DNA of 64,000 nucleotides from an uncultured bacterium. GTDB lineage: Bacteria > Verrucomicrobiota > Verrucomicrobiia > Limisphaerales > UBA8199. Location: assembly GCA_963749495.1 (NCBI GenBank), contig CAVVMW010000001.1:480001-544000 (forward strand), given 5' to 3'. Within the stretch, counting starts at the first letter, position 1. Each line of letters opens with the position of its first letter. The notes under the pieces are model-generated. The model was not told where the DNA came from and did no database searches. It was given only the letters and a program-made list of their open reading frames with translations. A program made the translations under genes and the position numbers. Of the stretch, positions 48,221 to 61,226 are shown in pieces.

Positions 48221-49756
48221 ATGCGCGCGCGACTGTTGGCGGGCATCGTCCTGAGCGGTGCCCTCGTTGCTTCTGCCCAAACCAATGCTCCGGTGGGGGG
48301 CGCGCGGTCCATGGCCTTGCAGGAGTGCCTGGACCTGGCCCTGAGCAAGAACCTGGACCTGCAGATCGAGCACCTGTCCACCGACATCGCCGGCTACAAT
48401 CTCCAGGGCGCTTATGGGGCCTGGGTCCCCAACCTCGCCTTCGGGGCAAGGCACGATTTCGTCTCCATGCCCTCTGAACTCAATTACAAGAAGGCTCACG
48501 ACGATTTCCCTTATGAACTGGATACCGACTCCGTGAACCCGGCGTTGACGGGGCGGCTGCCGATCGGGCTGAGCTATGATATTGGCGGCAATGCCAACGC
48601 GCAGTTCTTGCGTGAGGACCTCCGCACCAGGCCCACCGTGGCGGCCGATTACCCCTCAGGCCTTCGGCTCACCAACGGCTATTTTGCCGACTTCAGCATG
48701 GGCTTCCAGCAGCACTTGCTCAAGGACTCCTGGATCGATCCTTACCGGGAGACGCTCCTGCTCCGGCGCAAAGACCTGAAGATGTCCGAACAGGCGCTGC
48801 GGCTCCTGGTCATGAAGACCGCCCTGGCCGTCGAGGTGGGCTTCGACAACCTCCTGGCCGCCCGCGAGACCATCCGGGTCCAGGAAAAGATGCTCGAACT
48901 GCGCCGGCAATTGGTGGCCGAGACGCGCCGGCGCGTCGAGGTCGGCGACCTGCCGCCCCTGGACCTCGAGCAGGCGCAGACCCAACTGCAGAACACTCTG
49001 ACCGCCCTGGCGGCCGCGCGCCAGACCTATGTCAGCCGGGAAAACGCCTTGAAGGGCCTCTTGACCGACAATTTCAAGGACTGGGTCGAGGTGGATTTGC
49101 AGCCGGCCGGGGCGTTGCTGGCCCTCAAGGCCGACTTGGACCGGCAGCAGAGCTTCCAAACCGCCATGAAAAACCGCCCCGACCTGGCCGAGGCGCGCCT
49201 GGCCGTCGAGAAGAGCGACGTCGTCGTCCGCTTCCAGAGAAACCAGTTGTTTCCGAACGTGGATTTCGTGGGCCGCTACGGCGGCCTGGGCGATCAGCCG
49301 GATTTGAGCGGCAGCCTCAGCGACAGCTTCCACTTCCGTCATCCCGCCTATTTCTATGGCGTCGTGGTCAGCTTCCCCTTGAGCAACGTGGCCGAGCGCA
49401 ACAGCTATCGGGCCAGCCGCGCCGCCCGCGAGATCGCCAAACTCGAACTCAAAAAGGCCGAGCAATCGATCCTCCTGGACGTGGCCGATTTCATCAACCA
49501 GGCCGGCTCGCTCTTCGCCCAGGTCGGTTCCACCCACCAAGCCCGCGTCTATGCCGAAGCCGCCCTGGCCGCCGAGCAAAAGAAACTCCAGAACGGCCTC
49601 TCGACCACCTTCCTTGTTCTCCAGATGCAGGAGATCCTCACCGCCGCCCAGACCGCCGAGACCCAGGCGGTGGTCAATTACAACAAGGCCCTGGCCCAAC
49701 TCGCCTTCGCCGAGGGCAGCACCATGGACCGCCACCACCTGCGCTTGGGACGGTGA
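48221..49756 (+). CDS. TolC-family outer membrane protein
   Basis: Signal peptide, LQECLDLALSKNLDL, KNRPDL, AEQKKLQNGLSTTFLVLQ. Confidence 0.88.
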   Translation: MRARLLAGIVLSGALVASAQTNAPVGGARSMALQECLDLALSKNLDLQIEHLSTDIAGYNLQGAYGAWVPNLAFGARHDFVSMPSELNYKKAHDDFPYELDTDSVNPALTGRLPIGLSYDIGGNANAQFLREDLRTRPTVAADYPSGLRLTNGYFADFSMGFQQHLLKDSWIDPYRETLLLRRKDLKMSEQALRLLVMKTALAVEVGFDNLLAARETIRVQEKMLELRRQLVAETRRRVEVGDLPPLDLEQAQTQLQNTLTALAAARQTYVSRENALKGLLTDNFKDWVEVDLQPAGALLALKADLDRQQSFQTAMKNRPDLAEARLAVEKSDVVVRFQRNQLFPNVDFVGRYGGLGDQPDLSGSLSDSFHFRHPAYFYGVVVSFPLSNVAERNSYRASRAAREIAKLELKKAEQSILLDVADFINQAGSLFAQVGSTHQARVYAEAALAAEQKKLQNGLSTTFLVLQMQEILTAAQTAETQAVVNYNKALAQLAFAEGSTMDRHHLRLGR

Positions 49757-49869
49757 GGCCCGGCGCCGCGCTCACCTTCAGGGTGAGCGCCCCGGTGCAC
49801 CAGGGCCTTCGGCCCTGCGGGTTTTCAAGCTTGTGGCGCCAGACAAAGCCCAGGTACTATCCACCGCCG

Positions 49870-50955
49870 ATGCAGGCCGTTCTGAACACGATGAGGCAGA
49901 GCGCATTAAAGAGCCGGCTTTCCCGCCGTGAGTGGTTTCGCGGGCTGGTCTGCACCGCCGCCTGGGCGCTGGCTGGAGCAGGTCGCTCAGCATCGGCCTC
50001 AACTCGAAAGTCCCCAGGCGTCGCCGAGGCGGCCTTGGCTTTTGTCCGCCGATGCGCCCGCCGGGATGGCGGCTACGCGCCGTCGCCCGAGCCGGGATAC
50101 GCGGGAAACTCGGACACCGGTTCCAGTGATCTGGCCGCGGTGACCTACGCGGCGACCCTGGCCAAGACGATGGGATGGCGGCTGCCGCACCCGGGACGCT
50201 CGATCCAGTTCATTGAGCGCCATCAACAGGCGGACGGCTCGTTCATCAACTTCGAGGGCAAGATGGATCCGAAGTCGGACCTGGCACAGCTCTACAACAC
50301 AGTCCAGGGCGTGGTTGCGCTGCGAGCATTGGGGCAGCGCCCCAGGATTGATCCGAGCAAGGTCCTGGACCGTTTCTTTGCCGGCGACGCGTTCAGCCGG
50401 CTTCCCGGATATACGACAAGTTTCTTCCCCCTGTTCTATGCCGCCCTGGGCAGGCCGTTTCCACCGCGCTACGACGAGGCCTTGCGCGGTTTGCTGGTCC
50501 GTGGGCAGGGCGAGGATGGCTACGTGGGCGATCACGTGGCTGCCACGTTCCACATGGCGCACTACTTTCGTTTGATCGGCCAGCCCACACCCAAGGCCGG
50601 CCAGATGGTGGCCCGCGTCCTGCGCAACCAGAGGCCCGATGGGGGCTGGAACATCAAGGAACCGGACTGGGACGTACACGCTTGCTTCGACGCCGTCTTC
50701 ATTCTGCGGCAGTTGGGAGGGGACTCAGAACCGGTGCGCAAGGCCATGGAGAAAGCGGCCGGTTGGGCGTTGGCTTGTCGAAACCAGGACGGCGGCTTTG
50801 GCCATTATCCCGGGTGGCACTCGGACATGGACGCCGTGTACTTCCAATTGGGCACATTGATCCAGTGCGGCCGGGTGTCTCCGGCCAAGCGAGACATGCC
50901 CGACGCCCATACCCTGAGTTGGGGCCACGCAATGCAGCCCGGCAGGGTCTATTAG
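49870..50955 (+). CDS. Tat-exported prenyltransferase/squalene-cyclase repeat protein; start uncertain
   Basis: SRREWF twin-arginine motif; QQADGSF, QGEDGY, QRPDGGW, CRNQDGGF repeats. Confidence 0.75.
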   Translation: MQAVLNTMRQSALKSRLSRREWFRGLVCTAAWALAGAGRSASASTRKSPGVAEAALAFVRRCARRDGGYAPSPEPGYAGNSDTGSSDLAAVTYAATLAKTMGWRLPHPGRSIQFIERHQQADGSFINFEGKMDPKSDLAQLYNTVQGVVALRALGQRPRIDPSKVLDRFFAGDAFSRLPGYTTSFFPLFYAALGRPFPPRYDEALRGLLVRGQGEDGYVGDHVAATFHMAHYFRLIGQPTPKAGQMVARVLRNQRPDGGWNIKEPDWDVHACFDAVFILRQLGGDSEPVRKAMEKAAGWALACRNQDGGFGHYPGWHSDMDAVYFQLGTLIQCGRVSPAKRDMPDAHTLSWGHAMQPGRVY

Positions 50956-50992
50956 CAAGGCCCTGCTGCACCGGACTTTAAGTGACTTTCAC

Positions 50993-51074
50993 GACCTTTG
51001 TCGCAGCCTTTGTCGAAACCTTTGTCGAAATCGGGCTGAGCTCGACAAAGGTTGCGACAAAGGCTGCGACAAAG
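50993..51074. repeat. REP family C
   Basis: Three CTTTGTCG units facing three CGACAAAG units. Confidence 0.85.
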
Positions 51075-51291
51075 ATACCAATGTCATCCAAAGTCCGGTG
51101 CAGTAGAGCAAGGATGGAAGTCCTGTGCACCCAAACGCACAGTTGACAAATGGGAGCCAGGGCGTGAGGATTGCGCGGGCAAAGCCGAAACCAGCCGGAA
51201 GGCAGGCAACCAGGGTGCCACGCGCGGCGGCTGGGCCGCACCGTGAGCAACCGTGTTGAGTGATACTAAACAGACTCGAAAAGCCGTGCAA

Positions 51292-52140
51292 ATGAAACCG
51301 ACCCCCACCCGTTCCCGCTGTGCCTTCACCCTCATCGAACTGTTGGTGGTCATCGCCATCATCGCGATTCTGGCGGCGATGCTGCTGCCGGCCCTGGCCA
51401 AGGCCAAGCTCAAGGCGCAGGGGGTCCAGTGTTTGAGCAACACCAAACAGTTGATGCTCGCCTGGAGCATGTATACCGATGATAACAACGGCAACCTGGT
51501 GCCCAACCAGAACGAGGACGGCAACGTGAACCCAAGTTGGGTCAAGGGGATACTGAGCTGGGCGGCCAACAACACCGATAATACGAATCTGTTCTACGTG
51601 ATCGGCGCGGGCGGGTTGCTTGGCCAGTACAGCAAGTCGGCTGGGATTTACCACTGTCCGGCGGATGTCTATACCTGCACTGAGGGCAACCAGCAAATGT
51701 TGCGGGTGCGCAGCCTCTCCATGAACGGGTTTGTTCAAGGCGGCGCCTACGGCAAGGCCGCCACCTCCACCTGGTATCCGGCGTGGAGGGCCTACAACAA
51801 AATCTCCAATATCACCGTGCCGCGGCCTGTGAGCCTGATTATATTTGTGGATGAACACCCGGACAGCATCAACGATGGCTGGTGGATAACCACGGTGGGC
51901 GCGGACCTGGTGACTAACCCCGGCGTATGGGAGGACCTGCCCGCCAGTTATCACAATCACGCTTGCGGGTTTAGCTTCGCCGACGGACATAGCGAAATCC
52001 ATAAGTGGTTTGTGGGCGCCACCTGCCAACCGGTCAAGAAGGTTGATTACAACGGCACTGTAACGTCGCCGGGCAGCCGCGACATTATGTGGACCATCCA
52101 GCATGTCTCAGCCCCGGTCAACTCGAGTGGCATCAATTAG
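51292..52140 (+). CDS. Prepilin-type N-methylation / H-X9-DG domain protein
   Basis: [57 protein letters not shown]. Confidence 0.92.
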   Translation: MKPTPTRSRCAFTLIELLVVIAIIAILAAMLLPALAKAKLKAQGVQCLSNTKQLMLAWSMYTDDNNGNLVPNQNEDGNVNPSWVKGILSWAANNTDNTNLFYVIGAGGLLGQYSKSAGIYHCPADVYTCTEGNQQMLRVRSLSMNGFVQGGAYGKAATSTWYPAWRAYNKISNITVPRPVSLIIFVDEHPDSINDGWWITTVGADLVTNPGVWEDLPASYHNHACGFSFADGHSEIHKWFVGATCQPVKKVDYNGTVTSPGSRDIMWTIQHVSAPVNSSGIN

Positions 52141-52187
52141 CGGCCCCTGATCGAAGCGCGGATTGCAGGACCTCGGATGACAACACT

Positions 52188-53896
52188 TTAGCGGAACACG
52201 AGATACAAGGCGACAAATACCACCAGCACGGCGACGGCGGCCAGGCGGTAGTTATCGAGGCCGCGCCCGCCCGCCTCGCCGCGCAACGGCTCGCGCCAGT
52301 CCTGCCAGACCAACGGCCGGGCTTCCGCTTTGAGCGGTTCGGGGAACAGGAAGGTGGTCAGCACCATGATCAGCAGGCAGGCCGCCAGCAGGAGGAAGGC
52401 GATCAGCATGAAGTCGCCCCGATAGATATTATTCCAATCCAGGTAAAACACCCCAAACCCAAGGGCCATGCCCCCCGCTAGCGTGAGGAACGCGGATTTG
52501 CCCGAAGCCCGCTTCCAGAAGACCCCCAGCAGGAACACGGCTGTAATCGGCGGCGCCACGTAGGAAATGAGCTTGTTGATGCCCTCGAACAGGGTTGTGT
52601 AATGGCCGAAGATCGGCGAGCAGACGATCGCCAGGATGGTGCCGATGACGGTGGTGAGCTTGCCGATGCGCACCAGTTGCTGATCGGTGATTCCCGGTTT
52701 GTGACGCTTGAAGATGTCGTAGGCCACGAGTGTGGCGGTGGAGTTGAGGGCGGCGGAGCAGGTTTGCATGGCGGCCGCGAGCATGGCGGCGGCGACGAGC
52801 CCCTTGACCCCACAGGCAGGAGGTGCGTGAGCAGGAAGGTGTAGGTGTCGGTGGCGCTTTGCGGCGCCTGTCCGCCAAAGGCCTTTTGCTGGACGAGGGC
52901 CACGCAAATGACGCCGGGCAGCACGAAAAAGAACACCGGCCAGATCTTCAGGAATGCGCAGAAGAGCGGACCCAACCGCGCGTGCTTCTCGTTTTTGGCC
53001 GCAAGCACGCGCTGGACGATGGTCTGGTCGCAGCACCAATACCAAATGCCCAGAACGGGGTACCCCAGCAGGACAGAATACCAGGGCAGGCCGCTGGGGT
53101 CTTTCGCGCCGCGGGCCATTTGCAGAAAGTTGCCGGTGCCCCACGTGACGTTGCTCCCCGGCACCGCCATCAGCGGATGCGGGTTGTTCGCCAGCGTGTG
53201 GGCCAACGCAGACCATCCCCCAGCCTGGATGTAACCGACTACCGTGATGACCACCGCCCCGGCCAGCAGCAGCACGGTTTGCACGCTTTCAGTCCAGACT
53301 ACGGCCAGCAAGCCGCCGAGCATCGTGTAGATGCCGGTCAGCACCCCCAACACGACGATGAAGAACATCAGGGCGTCGCTGCCCATGATCGTGGCCCCCG
53401 GCGCCAGGCCCAGGATGCCGCGCAGCACCCAGGCGGCAGTGTAAAGCGCCACGCCCATGTGAATGACTATCGCCGAAAAGAGCGATACCACCGAGAGCAC
53501 GTCCCGGCACCGGCGGTTGAAGCGGCGCTCCAGAAAATCCGGCAGCGTGGCCACCCGCGAGCGCAGGTAAAGCGGCGCGAAAAACAATGAGAGCAGGATC
53601 AGCGTGAAGCCCGCCATCCACTCGAAATTGCCGAACACCAGGCCAAACTTGTAGGCCGCCTCGGCGAGGCTGACCAGGTGGACGGTGGAAATGTTCGCCG
53701 CGAACATCGCCAGGCCAATGACCGGCCACGCCAGCGTGTTGCCGGCCAGGAAATAATGCCCGCCCTCCCCTCCCCGCTCGTCTTTGCGACGCAGCAAGCC
53801 CGCCGCGATGCCCAGGCCGACGACGCCAAGCAGATAGAGGGCGATGATGCTCCAGTCCAGACTGCCCATCGGCGTGGCCGATCTCAGTGAAACCAT
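52188..53896 (-). CDS. Sodium:solute symporter (sugar, SGLT-like); frameshift near 52810
   Basis: YFLAG, FAANIS, TLPDFLERRF, GGLLAVVWTE, WCCDQTIVQRVL, AALNS.ATL. Confidence 0.9.
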
Positions 53897-54025
53897 GGCG
53901 AAGCCTGACTTCGCCGCATTGGCAAATCAAGAGGAGAATTCCGGGACTGTGGCGGAGCACGCTGGTGACGACGCGGCTCTAACCTCAACGCCTTTCGGAA
54001 ATTCCCGCACTCGCAGCAACAGGTT

Positions 54026-54217
54026 GTCCCGGAGGGACATTTGACAATAGCCCAAGGCTTCAGCCTTGGGTTGACGTGCCGCAAACGGTTCCGTCCCGAA
54101 GGGACGGCTGCGGGACTGGAGCGGCGAATTTCAACCGTCCCTCCGGGACGGGTGCTTCTTTTGCGCCTGGACCCAACGCTGAAGCGTTGGGCTATTCTCA
54201 TGATGTCCCTCCGGGGC
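54026..54217. repeat. REP family D
   Basis: Same architecture as 9048-9235. Confidence 0.8.
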
Positions 54218-54331
54218 AAAGCGCCGGCGCATTTCCGAAAGGCGTTGGCTCTGACCTTGTTGCTGGTTGATCCTGCAACGAGGTTTCTGTACGGTGCCTC
54301 TGTGCGGCGCTCGATTGCTGAATGATGAAGC

Positions 54332-54682
54332 CTAATCCGACCGGCGCACGGTAACAAGAAAAAGGCCCGCTGCCGTGAGGACTGAAACCACCGCTATGGT
54401 CTTGGCGAGGGGCTTTCCGTGGAACATCGCTTTGGCCTCTTCCGTGAGCACGGCACTCTTGCCGCCGTACCATTCCAATTGCTGTAGTTGCTTGCGATCA
54501 TCGAGCGGCGAGAGAATGACATCCAGATCTCCAGCTTGGGGCGCCGCCTTTGCGCGCTCAATCCGGTCCTGAGCGCGCCAAATCAAGATACTGCTGCCCA
54601 GACCCGCCGCCAGAATAACCGCGGCGCACAATCGGAGCGCGTTTTCCAGCAGTGCGAGGGAGCGTAACCAGTTTGGAATCAT
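54332..54682 (-). CDS. Small two-TM hypothetical membrane protein
   Basis: Two hydrophobic segments around a QLEWYGGK motif. Confidence 0.6.
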   Translation of the reverse strand: MIPNWLRSLALLENALRLCAAVILAAGLGSSILIWRAQDRIERAKAAPQAGDLDVILSPLDDRKQLQQLEWYGGKSAVLTEEAKAMFHGKPLAKTIAVVSVLTAAGLFLVTVRRSD

Positions 54683-55007
54683 ACGGACCCGGCCGTCTTT
54701 CACTTCTCGAATGAACCCCCCTTGACCTCCTCGCGCAAGGCAAATCCGCCGCGGCCAGTGAGGCCTCGCTCGCAAGTCCGCTTTCAGCCCGAGGACGGGC
54801 GCACTCCGGGGGGCGGCGCCGGGATGCGCCTCGATGTTGAGGGCGCGCGACAGAGTTCAGATCACTCCAGCGCTCTCCCGCCCAATACACCGCGGCAGCG
54901 GTGTCTTTAGTTTTTTGCACAGACATCATCATTAAAAATCATGATTAGAAATGATGTTGACATGAGATGGAATAAGCGTAAGCCCGCCGGGACCTGTACT
55001 GACAGCT

Positions 55008-55397
55008 ATGAACAAAAAGGACCAATTTGTGGGCGAGATCGAGAGACGGTACGAGATCAGAAAGGGAGAGCCGTTCTCTTTCAATCCTGGCGGAATCAAT
55101 GCGGTGGACGTTGACCGTGAGAACCGCCTGACCGGCCGTGTGAACGGGGCCACCGTGAGCCGGAGCAGCCGCAGCGATCCCCTGGACTGCGCAGCCCTGT
55201 TTCACGCCGTGGCGGAAACCCTGGAAGAGATCGCCCTCGGGCACCCGGCCAGCCGCATCGCCGTTTCAGACAGCTCGACCGAGGGGGCGACCGGCGCCCT
55301 CATCACCAAGGCCGGCGCGGGCGGGAAGATTTTTCACATCAGTTGCCAGAGAATCTCCGAGCACCCGTTCCGGGACGCAATCATTCACATATCGTAA
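55008..55397 (+). CDS. Hypothetical protein
   Basis: 129-aa ORF downstream of an AT-rich tract containing TTGACA; no family recognised. Confidence 0.55.
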   Translation: MNKKDQFVGEIERRYEIRKGEPFSFNPGGINAVDVDRENRLTGRVNGATVSRSSRSDPLDCAALFHAVAETLEEIALGHPASRIAVSDSSTEGATGALITKAGAGGKIFHISCQRISEHPFRDAIIHIS

Positions 55398-55448
55398 CCG
55401 GAGGCTTTGCGCTTGCGCTTTGGGCCTGGCGGGTTCTCAATTTGCGGC

Positions 55449-57011
55449 ATGAAGCGGAAGCACCTCCCTGCGCTGGTCGTCCTGGCCTCCACCTTCGCCC
55501 TGCGCCTGGCTGCGGCCCAGACTGAGGCCCCGGCGCCGGCGGCCAACACGCTGCTCATCCACGCCAGCCAGGCCGGCGCCGTCATCAGCCGCAACCTCTA
55601 CGGCCAGTTCTCCGAGCACCTGGGCCGGTGCATCTACGAGGGCCTCTGGGTGGGCGATGCCAGCTCGATCCCCAACACCCGCGGCATCCGCAACGACGTC
55701 GCCGCCGCCCTCAAGCAGATCCGCGTCCCGGTCCTGCGCTGGCCCGGCGGCTGTTTCGCCGATGAATACCATTGGAAAGACGGCATCGGGCCCCGCCCCG
55801 AGCGCCCCACCATGGTCAACACCCACTGGGGCAAGGTGACCGAAAACAACCACTTCGGCACCCACGAGTTTCTCGACCTGTGCGAGCAACTGGGCTGCGA
55901 GCCTTACATCTGCGGCAACGTCGGCAGCGGCACCGTCCAGGAACTCCAACAGTGGGTCGAATACATCACCTTCGACGGCGTCAGCCCCATGGCGGACTGG
56001 CGCCGGAAAAACGGCCGCGACCAGCCCTGGAAACTCCGCTACCTCGGCATCGGCAACGAAAACTGGGGCTGCGGCGGCGACATGACCGCCGAATTCTACG
56101 CCGGCCAGTTCAAACGCTACGCCACCTACGTTCGCAATTTCGGCACCAACCGGGTCTTCAAGATCGCCTGCGGGCCCAACGGGGCCGATTATCACTGGAC
56201 CGAGGTCCTGATGAAGGAAGTCGGCCGGCGCATGAACGGGCTGGCCCTGCACTACTATTGCGGCTCCGGCCGCGCCAGCCGCTCCGCCACACGCTTTGAC
56301 GAAGACGACTGGTTCGCCCAGTTGCGCAGGGCCTTGCGGATGGAAGAACTGGTCTCCCGCCACTCCGAAATCATGGACCGTTACGACCCCGACCGCCAGG
56401 TTGCCCTGGTCGTCGATGAATGGGGTGCCTGGCACGCCGTCGAGCCCGGCACCAACCCCGGCTTCCTTTACCAGCAAAACTCCCTGCGCGACGCCCTCGT
56501 CGCCGGCATCACCCTCAACATCTTCAACAACCACGCCGACCGCGTCAAAATGGCCAACATCGCCCAGATGATCAACGTCCTCCAGGCCATGATCCTCACC
56601 GACAACGACAAGCTCCTGCTGACCCCCACCTATCACGTCTTCGAGATGTACACCGTCCATCACGACGCCCGGCTGCTCCCCTCCGAACTGCGCTGCGCCG
56701 ATTACCAGCAGGGCCCCGACAAAATCCCCGCCCTCAGCGCCTCGGCCTCCCGCGACAGCCAAGGCCGCCTCCACGTCTCTCTGTGCAACCTCGACCCGAA
56801 CCAGCCCGCCCAACTCGCCTGCCAACTCGACGGCGCCAAGGCCCAAAAACTCTCCGGCCGCCTCCTGACCGCACCCGCCATCACTGCCCACAACACCTTC
56901 GGCCAACTGGACAACGTCAAGCCCGCCCCATTCACCGCCTGCGCGGCCACCGACACCGGCTTCACTGCCACCCTCCCCCCGCGCTCGGTCGTGGTCCTGG
57001 AAATCGAGTGA
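55449..57011 (+). CDS. abfA: Alpha-L-arabinofuranosidase, GH51
   Basis: [61 protein letters not shown]. Confidence 0.93.
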   Translation: MKRKHLPALVVLASTFALRLAAAQTEAPAPAANTLLIHASQAGAVISRNLYGQFSEHLGRCIYEGLWVGDASSIPNTRGIRNDVAAALKQIRVPVLRWPGGCFADEYHWKDGIGPRPERPTMVNTHWGKVTENNHFGTHEFLDLCEQLGCEPYICGNVGSGTVQELQQWVEYITFDGVSPMADWRRKNGRDQPWKLRYLGIGNENWGCGGDMTAEFYAGQFKRYATYVRNFGTNRVFKIACGPNGADYHWTEVLMKEVGRRMNGLALHYYCGSGRASRSATRFDEDDWFAQLRRALRMEELVSRHSEIMDRYDPDRQVALVVDEWGAWHAVEPGTNPGFLYQQNSLRDALVAGITLNIFNNHADRVKMANIAQMINVLQAMILTDNDKLLLTPTYHVFEMYTVHHDARLLPSELRCADYQQGPDKIPALSASASRDSQGRLHVSLCNLDPNQPAQLACQLDGAKAQKLSGRLLTAPAITAHNTFGQLDNVKPAPFTACAATDTGFTATLPPRSVVVLEIE

Positions 57012-57039
57012 GCGGGCAAGGGCCTCTAAACTTCGTCCG

Positions 57040-57128
57040 GACCTTTGTCGCAGCCTTTGTCGCAGCCTTTGTCGAATTGGCCGATCTTCGACAAAGGTGC
57101 CGACAAAGGCTGCGACGAAGGTTCCGAC
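57040..57128. repeat. REP family C between convergent genes
   Basis: CCTTTGTCGCAG x3 / CGACAAAGG units. Confidence 0.85.
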
Positions 57129-57147
57129 TGCGGTTTCTGAGCCTCCT

Positions 57148-58329
57148 TCAAAGGGCGGCCTGGAGGATGGCGGCCAGTTCGTCGGGGGCGAGTTGGATGG
57201 GGTTGGCTTTCATGCTGCTGGCCTTGAGGGCCTTGTCGGCCAGGTCCGGGAGGTGCTGGGCGGCCAGGCCATGGGCAGCGAGGCCGGGGATGCGCAGCTC
57301 GGCCACGAGGCGGCGGACCCAGCCGACGGCTTGGCCGGCCGTGGCGGCGGGGGAGCCGGTGAGGAGGCGGGCCAGGTGGTCGTAGCGGGCGAGGGCGGGG
57401 CTGGCGGGCTGGCGTTGGCGCAAGGCGCGGAGGTTGGCCTCGATGACGTGCGGGAGCAGGGCGGCGCAGACGGCGCCGTGCGGGGCGGGGAACATGCCGC
57501 CGATGGGTCCGGCCAAGCCGTGTACCGCGCCAAGGCCGGCGTTGGCCAGGGCGAGCCCGCCGAAGAGCGCGGCCAAGGACATGTCCTCGCGGGCGGCGGC
57601 GTTGCGGCCGTCCTGGAAGGCGGCGCGCAGCGAGCGGGCGGCGCGTTGGAGGCCCTCGACACATAGGGCGTCGGTCACCGGGTTGGCGCGGGAGCAGATG
57701 AAAGGCTCGATGAGCTGGGTCAGGGCGTCCAGGCCGGTGCTGGCAGTGACGGCCGGGGGCAGGGTCCAGGTCAATTCGGGGTCAACCAGGGCGATACGCG
57801 GCAGCATGCCCAGGCCGCGGAGGCTGACCTTGACCCGATGCTCGGGGCAGCCGAGCACGGCGTTGCGCGTGACTTCCGAGCCGGTGCCTGACGTGGTCGG
57901 GATGGCGAGTAGCGGGAACGAGGGCCGGGCCAGGGCCTTGCCGCGGCCAACAACCTCCAGGTAATCGAGCAACTCGCCCGGGTTGGCGAGCAGGGCGGCG
58001 ATGGCTTTGCCCGCATCGATCGCGCTGCCGCCCCCAAAGGCGGCCACCCACTGGCAATCCGCCCGCCGAGCCAGGGCCAGGCCCTGCTGGACGGTCGCGA
58101 CCTCGGGCTCCCCGGCGACGGAGAATGGGAGAGGCTCGACGCCATTGCGGCGGAGGTCCTCCAACAGTGGTTCGGCCCGGCGCGGGTCGCGGCCGGTCAC
58201 GACCAAGGCGCGCCGGCCCCAGTCCATGGCCAGGGAGCCGGCTTGGCGCACTGCGCCTGGCCCGAAGATGATGCGGGCGGCCGTGGCGAATTCGAAGGAG
58301 GGCAAGGGGTGAATGAGGAATGGAGCCAA
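57148..58329 (-). CDS. Iron-containing alcohol dehydrogenase; start uncertain (TTG)
   Basis: FEFATA.RIIFGPG, GGGSAIDAGKA, IPTTSGTGSEVT, DALTQ, GLGAVHGLA, PHG. Confidence 0.92.
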   Translation of the reverse strand: MAPFLIHPLPSFEFATAARIIFGPGAVRQAGSLAMDWGRRALVVTGRDPRRAEPLLEDLRRNGVEPLPFSVAGEPEVATVQQGLALARRADCQWVAAFGGGSAIDAGKAIAALLANPGELLDYLEVVGRGKALARPSFPLLAIPTTSGTGSEVTRNAVLGCPEHRVKVSLRGLGMLPRIALVDPELTWTLPPAVTASTGLDALTQLIEPFICSRANPVTDALCVEGLQRAARSLRAAFQDGRNAAAREDMSLAALFGGLALANAGLGAVHGLAGPIGGMFPAPHGAVCAALLPHVIEANLRALRQRQPASPALARYDHLARLLTGSPAATAGQAVGWVRRLVAELRIPGLAAHGLAAQHLPDLADKALKASSMKANPIQLAPDELAAILQAAL

Positions 58330-58558
58330 TGCGGAGTGCGGAGTGCGGAGTGCGGAGTGTTCCGGTGGGAGTGTTGGGTCTGGATTGCGGTGTGGGGAAT
58401 GACGAATGACGAATGACCAAGGCTACCGGTTCAGCTCGTCAGGATGGCGGTTCCGGTTTCCTTTCACGTTTCACGTTTCGCGTTTCACGTTTCACGTTTC
58501 GCGTTTCACGTTTCACGTTTCGCGTTTCACGTTTCACGTTTCACGTTTCACGTTTCAC
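58329..58558. repeat. Heptamer microsatellite block: (GCGGAGT)~4, (GAATGAC)3, (TTTC[A/G]CG)~14
   Basis: Directly visible tandem runs. Confidence 0.9.
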
Positions 58559-58559
58559 C

Positions 58560-58871
58560 CTACCAGTTCTGGTCGTCCGGGTAGAGGTTCTGGTATTTCA
58601 CGCTGGAGCGCGGCTCGGCCATCATGGGGGCCACGGCATCGCGCCAGGCCAGGTAGTGTTTGGTCTCTTTATGGGCGGCGGGGGCTTGCGCATCGCGGTA
58701 GGCCTCCACGAGCACGAACCGGGTCGGGTCATCCTGCTCTTGCACGACGTCGAACCCCGCGATGCCGGGCTCCTGGACGCTGGAGCGGGCGTTCTCCAGG
58801 GTCACCCGTTTGAAGGCCTCGAGGGACTCGGGTTTCACATGGATATGAACATGAACGACCAGCATAGGCAT
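58560..58871 (-). CDS. ABM-family monooxygenase/isomerase (LsrG/YgiN-like)
   Basis: VKPE....F, EPG...[33 protein letters not shown]. Confidence 0.88.
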   Translation of the reverse strand: MPMLVVHVHIHVKPESLEAFKRVTLENARSSVQEPGIAGFDVVQEQDDPTRFVLVEAYRDAQAPAAHKETKHYLAWRDAVAPMMAEPRSSVKYQNLYPDDQNW

Positions 58872-58876
58872 TCCTT

Positions 58877-60288
<1,412 letters not shown>

Positions 60289-60374
60289 GCGTCTGCCCTA
60301 CATCGATTGGGGGTAGGAAGGCAAGAAGAATTGGAATACGAAATGCGAACCACGAAAAGGACCTGAACGGGGAG

Positions 60375-60987
60375 CAATTCGATGCGGTGCTGACCGACCC
60401 GCTGTATTTCGGGAACGTTCAGTTCGCGCAGTTAATGGATTTTTGCTACGTATGGCTGCGCCGCCTCGTTGAACGTTCCGAGCCCGCTTTCGCCCGGCCC
60501 TGGACCCGGAATGCGAACGAATTGACGGGCAATGTCAGCATGGGGCGGGGGTTGGACCATTTCACCGAGGGCCTCTCCGAGGTGTTTCAGAAGATGGCCC
60601 AGGTGCTCAAGCCAGGGGCGCCGCTGGCATTCACCTACCACCACAATCATTTGGAGGCCTACCTCCGGGTGGCGGTGGCAATCCTCGATTCGGGTCTTAC
60701 CTGCTCGGCCACTGTTCCGTGTCCGGCTGAAATGGGGGCGTCCATCCACATCAACGGCACCGGATCGTCTATTGTCGACACCCTGTTCGTTTGCCGCTCG
60801 ACTGGCCGGTTCCCACGCCGATGGCTCACCGAGGATCCCCATGCGCTGGCCCTGCTGGTGGATGAGGAGCTCCACAAACTCCGGGAAGCCGGGCTTCAGC
60901 CCCAAGGGCGACGTCTTCCCGCCCGGCACGCGGGCGCGGCAGGAGGGCAAGGCCAAGCGCGCCTTTTTCGGAAAACCGGAGACGTGA
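60375..60987 (+). pseudogene. C-terminal remnant of an adenine DNA methyltransferase
   Basis: FDAVLTDPLYFGNVQF (degenerate DPPY), VLKPGAPLAFTYHH; no SAM-binding N-terminal half or clear start. Confidence 0.65.
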
Positions 60988-61226
60988 CCGGGGCTTTGTT
61001 CCGCCTCCACAGGGGGCAGAGAATTGAGCGCCAACAAATCCCCACTTCTCGGCTTGCCGAGAAGCGTCATCGGGTCCACTCTGGGCGCAAGAGAACAGCT
61101 ATGAAGATCACAGCAGGGGAGAACCCAACCGCTTCCGGCGGGATCGGTCTCGGCAGGAACGGACCCACGGTGTATCATATATTGACTCGGCGCCTTGTTA
61201 CGAGGGCGAGCGAACGCCGGGGCAAG

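Noticed and set aside
57040..57128. Classical rho-independent terminators at the intergenic hairpins
   Set aside because: They are multicopy REP families without U-tracts; a terminator role is possible but not supported.
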